From: Octopus vulgaris
Lineage: Eukaryota
Reading direction: 5' to 3'
Length of the DNA stretch: 64,000 nucleotides
NCBI GenBank assembly: GCA_951406725.2
Contig: OX597821.1
Coordinates: 74,896,001-74,960,000 of the forward strand
Shown piece after piece: positions 55,310-64,000 of this stretch (the first letter of the stretch is position 1; each line of letters begins with the position of its first letter). The notes under the pieces are model-generated. The model saw nothing but the letters and a program-made list of their open reading frames with translations. It was not told the origin of the DNA and did no database searches. Made by a program: the position numbers and the translations under genes.

Positions 55310-56465
55310 GGTAAAAAGCGGACTAGAATGAAAAATGCGGGCGCAGAATCGTAGAATATTCTTAAATATTGAACCCAGAAAAGTACAGAAAATTTAAGGA
55401 CAAGAAGAAAATAAAACTTAGTAAATTGCTGCTGAAGTTAGAATTTGCTAAATAAATTTCTAAAATTGCTCATCAAATGTTATGCGCACTACTTTCTTTT
55501 TTTGCTTTCCTTTGCAATCTGAAAAAATTAAATCAATATATTTATTAAAAAATTTCTTTCTATTAAGCTAGAGCATATCTGCTTTATTTTTAGAATTGTA
55601 TTGGCTTTTTTAATGCTATTTTCTGAACAAAACTCATTAGCTCAAAATTTGATATCACAAATATTATATTCTAAAATTAAACTCATGTGGAATGTATGTA
55701 ATTCAACAGAGTACAAGACAGAGCAAAATAAACTTTTTTAAAGAAACAAAAGAATTAATTTCTTTAAAGTTTGCATTATCAGATAACGCAATATTTTCTA
55801 TTTACAGTTAGACAAATATTTAAAAAAATGAAAGCTAACGAACAAATTGAGTGTTACATATAGATACGACTCTAGGTTTTCTTATAAAACTTACGAACTA
55901 TAATTTTGTTTAAATTACTATTTTATAAGTTTTGAATATATAAATTTGTAAAATATTTTTCATGAGTAAATTTGCAGGCAGCTAGTCTTTTCACTAAAAT
56001 TGAAGATAAATAACATCTTGAGTATTTCATTTTAAACTTTTAAGTGAAAATAAAAAAAAAAACTTTAAAAATGGAATTTCTTATTATTTTAGTTTTTAAT
56101 TTTTAACTTCAGCGGTGATATATTAATTTTGATTTTCTTCTTGATCTATACTTCCCCAGGCTTAATTATCGCTTCTGTACTTTTCCATGTTTAACACTTA
56201 AGAATATTCTAAGGTGGCGAGCTGGCAGAATCGTTAGCACGCCGGGCTAAATGCTTACCGGGTATTTCGTCTGTCTTTATGTTCTGATTTCAAATTCTAT
56301 CGAGGTCGACTTTACCTGTCGGCATACTGGAGTCGATCGAATCCACTGGCACCCTCCCACCAAACTTCGGGCCTTGTTCCTAGAATAGAGAAAAATACTT
56401 AAGAATGTTCTAGGGCTCTGCGCTCGTAGTTTTCATTGTACTACGGTATTTTTCATTCTACTGCG
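55310..56465. mobile_element. old TIR element with AT-rich body; right TIR interrupted by SINE A
   Basis: gcgcagaatcgtagaatattcttaa..gaaaagtacagaa mirrors ttctgtacttttc..ttaagaat(a/g)ttcta..tctgcgc. Confidence 0.5.
56212..56396 (+). mobile_element. SINE family A with 16-bp TSD
   Basis: TSD acttaagaat(a/g)ttcta at 56196-56211 and 56397-56412. Confidence 0.85.
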
Positions 56466-56925
56466 TAATTTTGTGCATCTGTATTACCATGGAAATTTAG
56501 ACGTACGTATATATATAATTGTATATTGTGTCCCTGACTCCGTTTTCGTAGAATGTTGTGTATATGTCGCACTGTATGTTGTTGGTTAGTTATTAATTGA
56601 TACAGGGGTATCATTCACACATACACAAGCGCGCGCGCACACACACACACAAAGACAAACACATACGTAAGTAGAAAAATCCATAGATATAAATATGTAA
56701 ATATATATATATCGCATGTCGATATGTTTTTGTCCACGTGTACTACCTCCTAATGTGTACCTACATACTTCACACACATACATATATCCATAAATGAATA
56801 TATATATATATATATTCGTTTATGGAGAGCTTGTACCTCTCTTTCATTGTTTTTCACTTCGTCTCCTTCGCTGTATGTATGTATGTCTCTCTGTCTGTGT
56901 CTGTGTGTATATATATATGTGTGTG

Positions 56926-56963
<38 letters not shown>

Positions 56964-57333
56964 CACACGCAAGCAATATTCTCTGTGCGTTACAGGACGT
57001 TTCGTTGGAAGGAGGTATTCGGATATTCTACCCAGACAGTTCCACTATTCCACTCCACTATCGATTTGAAACTCAAGTATTTGTCGGGGCGGGGTGTGGG
57101 ACGTAGGGGTGGGGAGAAATCGAGAGGTCGTTCAATTATAAACTTGTCGCTTTCTATGAAAGAAGGTTCGATGAAAACTGATAAAACCCATAGCGTTTAT
57201 CTACGCATACACATTACACACGTGCACGCATACACGCATGCACACTCACACACGCACATACACACATGTATACATAAATATATACATACGCATGTACTTA
57301 CTCTCATACACATACATATATACGTGCATGTAT

Positions 57334-57364
<31 letters not shown>

Positions 57365-58918
57365 TATGTTTTGCAGCATAAGGATCAGAATGCATTGAAG
57401 GAAAATTCGACGTTTGCAAAAGATCTGATTCTCATTTTGCCTCTTTATAACAACATCTATTTCTCTAAAATAGTAATTTTCTGCAACATTTCCTTCTATG
57501 ATAATGAATGTCACATACGTTTGTCACATTACATTAGGTTCGCGACATTTAAGAACTGTAGTGGCGCGGAATGTTTTACAAAGCCAACCACCTCAGATTT
57601 CCTTCCATAAACTATTTATATCATTGCTTATAAAAAGAACCGCTGTGAGATTCTTGGGTTTTTAAGGAGAGATTTTTACTTAACGATTTCTATTGGAAAG
57701 AACGAAGTTTTAGTAATTATATCGAATTTAATGCTTTCGGCTTTAATCACAGAAATGGACGGTGTCCGCTGACGAGAGAGAGAGAGAGAGAGGGTGAGAG
57801 ATTATTGAATGAGAGAGAGACAGAGCATGTTTGTATATATGTCTGTAGTGGTGTATAGGTGTACGTGCATATGTATGTATCTGTGTGCATAAAGTACATG
57901 TGTGTAAGCTTGCATGTATAAATGTCTGTGTGCATGTGTGTATCAGTATATGTGTGTTTTTTGTACGTTTGTGTGTCTGTGCACGCGCGCCTGCAAGCAT
58001 AAACACACACACACACACACACACATATGCATGTATGTATATATTCAAATGTTTATTTCTATGAATGGATGTGGAAGGTAAAAATATTTAGTTTGTACAG
58101 TATATGCAATACATACGTACACGCACGCAGGCGCACACACATATACATATACATGTATATATATATATATATGCATGTGACCATATATATGTATATGTAA
58201 ATATGCGTGTTTTTGTGTGTGTGTGTGATTACCATCAATTAAGTTTCATGCCTAAGCATATTTTCCTATAATGATACACCTGTATCAGGTATGTTAACTT
58301 CCCGTCTATGAACACTTATGTGACTGCCTGATGCCGACTTCGAATTTTGTTTCATTTGGTGCTCGGAAATTTGTCGAGAATTTCATTTAAAATGACCCCT
58401 ATTTTGTGTAAACGATGCGAACGACTTAAGTTTACTGTTTATAACTTCACCACGAAATAATGCCGGGAACGTTTCTCGAAAACCAATTCCCAATAATTAA
58501 TTTGCTTTGCAAACTTTAAATCATAAAGAAAAACAGATGACATGACTAACCTATTGCGTATGATATTTGATCAAGTGAACTTCCATACCAAGGCAGCCAG
58601 CTGGTTTCAGAGCTTCTGGCCAGGTGTAAAACTCTCCACCCGATGTTTGTGATACGTTTTAAACAATTCTGATGAAGTCTTTCGAGGACTTGATTTAGCG
58701 TCAATATGTATGATAGGGAATTAATTCTGCAAGTAGCATAATTGCAAAGATTTTCTCGAATATTTTAGGTTTCTGTTTAACCTGATTCATTTAATTTGTG
58801 ATACAAACGAGGATTGAAAACTGCTCAATTGTCAAGTTGAAGCCAGGATATAAATCTACCGATATACAAAACTAAATCCATTATATGAAGTCTGGCTTTA
58901 TGAACAAATTTATTTGGA

Positions 58919-59470
58919 TTATTTACATTATTTACCTTTGACGGATATTTGTCCTCATCATTTGTCTTGGGTAAATTTCAAACCTGGGTTCTCATTCCAA
59001 AGATATTTTTCGATGTTGTTGTTGTTATTGTTATCTTTTTTTTCTTCTTTTAAATTTGCTTCCATTTCTTGCCGAGTGTCTTCCCGACTCCTAGGGCAAA
59101 GAAACTCACAGTATACATTGGTAGGCCATTAAACTAAACTCACTAGTTCGTTCATTTTTTTTTAAAGTTAAATTACAATACATGGGTAGTAATAGTTCTC
59201 ACATCGACAATGCTCTTCTCAATACGTGTGATGTACCAGTTAAGACAATCTTTTGTACTTCTTGCAGGGATGGTAAGCCAGGGATCATTCTCATATAATT
59301 TTCGGTTCCCTTCTTGATCAATCCTAGTGCTCCTACGATCACTGGTATTGTAACCGCCTTGAGATGCCACATTTTCTCAATTTCAATGAGCAGGTCTTTA
59401 TATTTTCTGAGCTTGTCAAACTCTTTCGCCAAGATATTATTATTATTATTGTTATTATTATTATTATTAC

Positions 59471-59529
<59 letters not shown>

Positions 59530-59584
59530 TCACTGCTAGGGATCGAACTCGGAATCTTAATCAGTACGCCATATGCCCGTGGGC
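58919..59584 (-). mobile_element. SINE family D copy (hammerhead deleted) interrupted by an R4/Dong-like fragment
   Basis: Head at 59526-59584, (TAA)n, 3' part at 58919-59034. Confidence 0.8.
59035..59434 (-). mobile_element. 3' end of an R4/Dong-like RLE non-LTR retrotransposon
   Basis: KYKDLLIEIEKMWHLKAVTIPVIVGALGLIKK...IPGLPSLQEVQKIVLTGTSHVLRRAL* plus UTR; embedded in (TAA)n, the known target of Dong elements. Confidence 0.8.
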
Positions 59585-59860
59585 ATAGTGGTTAAGAGCA
59601 TAATGGCATGAGTGGTTAAGAGCGCGGGCTACTAACCTCAAGAATACGAGTTCTATTCCAAGCAGTGACGTAAATAATAATAATAATTATTATAATTATA
59701 ATAATAACAATGATATAGAAAAATACCTTAGGAATGAGAACCCAGGTTCGAAATTTCCCCAAGACACCTGATGAAGGCTGGAGGGTATATCAGCCGAAAC
59801 GTTGTGTTAACAACAAACAAGATGAGGACAAATATCCGTCAAATATAAATAATGTTCCTC
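59581..59860 (+). mobile_element. SINE family D with intact hammerhead (59763-59808)
   Basis: agtggttaagagcgcgggctactaac head; CTGATGA at 59768, GAAACGTT at 59796. Confidence 0.85.
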
Positions 59861-60322
59861 ACCTTTTAAATATAGAACTGTAAATTTATTTGATTCAACA
59901 TTCGTCTCATTTTGTGCAGAATTAAACTTCGCCTTAGAGCTCTTCAGCTTAATGTAAATCTAAAAGGAGAACAAGCCGGGGAAATGAGGAGAAATATTTT
60001 CTATGTATTTTACTCTAACTGGGCTCCGAATTGACAGTCATTGTCAAGTGGTGGTATAAAAGTTTATGCTGGAAATATATTAACATTGCCAAAATTGCTT
60101 GTGAAGTCCCAGGTGAATAGCTGACTCTTTAAAGAGAGTACGGGTATCAATAATATTAGAGTACTACCCACATATCTAGAAGAATACTGTTGACACCAAT
60201 AAATTTGCCGAGGCAACTCCTTTCAATCTTATCACTACAAATAGCGTATTGGGAAGAAGCATCAAAAGCACTTCAGAAACTAACTTTGTGTTATTCTTAT
60301 TTACTTGTTTTTATTATTTATT

Positions 60323-60488
60323 TTGCGCCCTTTTCAAGCGTAGCCAGGCTCATGGGCCCAGTTTTTCGGTTTCTGTGGTGAATGTGTTTCCCCCAGCTGG
60401 ACGGGACGCCAGTCAATCGCAGCGTTACTCAAGAAACAGGAAGAGAGAGTGAGAGAAAGTTGGGGCAAAAGAGTTCAGCAGGAGTCGC
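60323..60488 (-). mobile_element. SINE/retroposon fragment
   Basis: Minus strand gcgattgactggcgtcccgtccag...acagaaaccg...gggcccatgagcc resembles the Meta/V-SINE-type 3' region. Confidence 0.4.
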
Positions 60489-63015
60489 TGTTAAATATGT
60501 CTGAAACCTATCGCTGCGACGCCGAATCTGTTTGTTTTACGCCTTTTTCAGTATCGACATAAACTCGTCCTGCTAAATATTTTATCTGCCAAATGCCTTA
60601 AGAATATAAAAATATAAAAGAGTTTAAATAAGGTAACAAGCTCTGACCCTTTTCAGATCAGTGACACGTTGCCAAGGTTATTTTGTTGTATTTTATATGA
60701 AGAATAATGAGAGGAAGTTGAAGATGAAAATAAATCAAACTGCTAGTAGAGCGATAGGAGGGAAAATATCATCTCATTGAATGAGTGCGTAGATTAGAAA
60801 AGAGAAATATGAAAGTGAGCTAAGAGAAAAGACTTTGGATCGTAGCAAAAAGTGAGGAGGGGGTGGGGTTCATAATGAAAAAAGAATGTATTGGTTTTTT
60901 ATGTTTCAAATTAGTAGTGTTGCTGTATTTTCTTTATATTTAGGAAGAGTTTATTTAGAGACCATAATCCTTTTATCAACGCGTCTGCCAATAGAAGTCA
61001 TTTGTGTTTGTTGCGTTGTGAAAAGCGAGCGATACGTCGAATAGAATCCAAGAAAAGGAAATAAAAAGAAGAAAAAAAATGAAAATATATATAACAAAAA
61101 ATGAAAAAAAAAAAAAAAAAGGGTTTCAGCTGAAACATCGACCTGTTCTGACGTCTCATGGAAAACTAATAAATAGCATAGAGTTGGTATTGTTTCACAG
61201 GTAATCATTGAGATGACCTTGTCGATAATCCAATATGATGTGATTCCCGCTGTAACAATGCCACTCTAAATGGGATTTGTATGCAGCGTCTAAACAGTGA
61301 AACCAAACAATAAATAAATACAACAAATAAAAGAATAATTGAAAATATATATATAAAAAAATGTAGACGTCCCTTTCGTTTGTTTTTGTTCAATCTTTTA
61401 CAAAAGAAAAAAAAAATTGTCTCGAATTGTTTTTGTTTGCAAATCTATTTTAAATCGTTGCTAGAAGTACTGGCAGTGACCGCTAGAAAGTGATAATAGA
61501 GTCGGAGGGAAACGTCTGTTAGGCGGAAGACATAGTGGGGGATAGTTTCGAAAAATGAGGAAGATAAAAATAAAAATAAAAATAAAAACGAAACCAAAAT
61601 CCGAATGGAATAGAGGAGAATAATAAAGTTAATGAAGGAGAGGATAAGAGAGAAAGGAAGAGAACGTATGTGGTGTGATATAAATGGAAAGGGGAAAAGA
61701 GGAGGGAGAGCAAAAAAGAAGTCATGGCCTCAAAACTGTTCAATAAAGTGTTTTATTCTCATCTGAAATCATTTTTAACAAGCATTTATTTCTTCTTGAT
61801 TGATGGATTTAGTTCTATTAGTTAGCATCTGTTCAACTCCTCGCTTCCATTTCAGATGACCATCCCAAGTTCTTTCGTCGCCTTCGATACAATCCATTGT
61901 TGTCATATTCCATCCTGCAACCAGAACGCAAGATTTTCTCTTTTTTCACGCGTTTTCCTTCTAAAGCTGTCTGTTAAAATCTAACTTGAAATGACTTATA
62001 TTACAGCAGATGTAGATGTAATACAATACTTAATACAGTTGCAACATCTGCTAGAATCGCTGGAAAAGATAGACAGAACAGAAATTTGGTTACTATGGTG
62101 AACTATTCCACAATAACAGGAAAGTACCATGCATGACATATACTTTATAAATACTTTATACTAGAAATAAGAAAACTTAATTAGAAATGTGATAAGCAAA
62201 AAAAAAACAAAACAAAAAAAAACAAAACAAAAAAAAACAGCAGTTAATGTTAATATATTAATGCTGGGAGCATTAAACAAATACATTAACTTATGTATGA
62301 GGAAACACAGTGTTAATGAATAAGGAATATTTTAAAATTATTGCAGTAGGTAAGGGAGACAATTCTGTGTATCCGATCTTATTAAACATCGTCAGCGAAA
62401 CATGGCCTTCGACGTATTTGCTTAATTAGTGATGAAAGAATCATTAAATAATGATAAAAGAATTACTCAAACTGATGTGAAAATATAATTTAGATATTAA
62501 ATTCTCGTGAGAAATTATTCAGATATATTATCCGCATGGAAAATAAAGCCAGTTAGCATACTTAAAGCCGTGACCATTAACAGTCAACTTTAAATGCTCA
62601 TACAGGGAGAAAATAGGTAGCACTGGTCAATGGGAAATATAATACTAATTCTCCTTAACTACGTGTGTATAATATCATACACCCACGCAAATATTTTTGC
62701 TAAGGATATCTCATAAGACCAAAATCTTTTTTATGCCAAGGAATTCTTTTATTTCAATTAATTTTCATACGAACCTAGTCTTTCAAATGATCTCTCGACT
62801 CACTAAATTGATAAAATTAACTAGCAGCAATTCCTTAAAATAATAGACAGAGAACACCACTGGAAAATACGAAAACTAAAAGAAGCAGCACATATGCTAG
62901 GACACAACAATTTCCTAAGCAGACCGAGTGCAGATATGAATAGCATATGGGAACCGGTGTTATGGAAGGATAGGAAAATATTTGATTAATAAGCCCTAAA
63001 ATTCACTCCATAATT

Positions 63016-63250
63016 GCCACGAGCATATGGCGTAGTTTGTTAAGAGTGCAGGCTACTAACCCCAAGATTCCTAGTTTGATTCCAGGCAGTGATCTGAATA
63101 ATAATAATAACATTAAAATATACCTTAGGAATGAGAACCCAGGTTCGAAACTCCCTCAAGACACCTGACGAAGGCTGGAGGGTATATCAACCGAAACGTT
63201 GTGCTAACAACAAACAAGATGAGGACAATGTAAATAATGAACAATTCCTT
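63016..63250 (+). mobile_element. SINE family D with hammerhead (CTGACGA at 63165, GAAACGTT at 63193)
   Basis: Homologous to 40137 and 59581. Confidence 0.85.
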
Positions 63251-63924
63251 CTCTGACACTTAATTACCAGGTAGTAGATATATTTTAGGTGACATTCAGT
63301 ATTAAAGTCAAAATTGTCCATATTCATCAGATATTGTAGTGTAAAATCCGAAACGGAGAAAGGTTTATATGAGTGTTCGAGAAGGGTAATTATTGTTAGG
63401 AGAATAAAACGTTTCTAGCCCTTTTGGTTCGTCCGTGTAGAAAAGTGAATGAGAGAATAATCGAAATTGGAAGAATGGTATTAAGAAAATGCAAAGAAGG
63501 GGACTGGAGAAAGGGAAGACCGAAGTCCTTAGCAGAAAGAGATTTGGTCTAAGAATATCAGTGCAAAATAAAGGAACTGGGAGTATGCTAGGAATTGGAA
63601 AAAGAGTTAAGGAGAAATGAATACCATTCAAAACGAAACAAACAGATAAGGCATCTGTCTACGACCTCTAAATCTAAAGGTTTTCCTTATGCAATTGTTG
63701 CAGCATTTTTTTAATACCAAAAACTTCTTACTACTGTAAAGAGATTCTGTAAAGAGATTTCGCTGTAAATTATTACTGTTGAGCTTAACAGAACTGCATG
63801 ACTGTTGATTGTTTCCGCAATTCAACAGAACCATTCTTTCTTTTACAGATTATTCACTGCATAAAGACGTATTCTACGACACGGTATATTTCATTGATAT
63901 TATTCGAGACTGGTATTCCACCGA

Positions 63925-64000
63925 GAAGGCGGTGAGCTGGCAGAAACGTTAGCACGCCGGGCGAAATGCTTAGCGGTATTTCGTCTGCCGCTACGTTCTG
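63925..64000 (+). mobile_element. SINE family A head (runs off the window)
   Basis: aaggcggtgagctggcagaaacgttagcacgccgggcgaaatgcttagcgg. Confidence 0.85.

Noticed and set aside
58665-58705. CTGATGA followed by an agtc/gact stem
   Set aside because: No GAAA after stem II; not a credible hammerhead
61825-61975. Possible RTE-like LINE C-terminal remnant (ALEGKR)
   Set aside because: Match too short and interrupted

Overview
AT-rich, microsatellite-saturated eukaryotic non-coding DNA. The SINE repertoire and the simple-repeat load suggest a coleoid cephalopod (Octopus-like) genome; this is an inference from motif recognition, not a database result. No intact host gene is evident, and nearly all listed ORFs are microsatellite artefacts. 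The window holds at least four tRNA-derived SINE families, 3' fragments or deletion derivatives of non-LTR retrotransposons (Tx1/L1-like, CR1-like, R4/Dong-like, HERO-like, and a zinc-knuckle-only element), non-autonomous Helitrons, MITEs and a Chapaev3-like remnant. The most striking signal is a dense set of minimal type-I hammerhead ribozyme (HHR) motifs, (C/T)TGA-N-(G/A)A...stem II...GAAA-palindrome-H, of the kind known from Penelope-like elements (PLEs) and retrozymes. They occur in three contexts: (i) a tandem 397-nt retrozyme-like repeat; (ii) a tRNA-headed SINE family that carries an HHR near its 3' end and occurs head-to-head; (iii) several non-coding elements inserted in (TA)n and other tracts, some forming near-perfect palindromes of 90-700 bp. 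Several retroelement classes also appear to sit in specific microsatellite motifs (TATC, TAA, TA). Ribozyme activity and family names are predictions from reading the sequence by eye.
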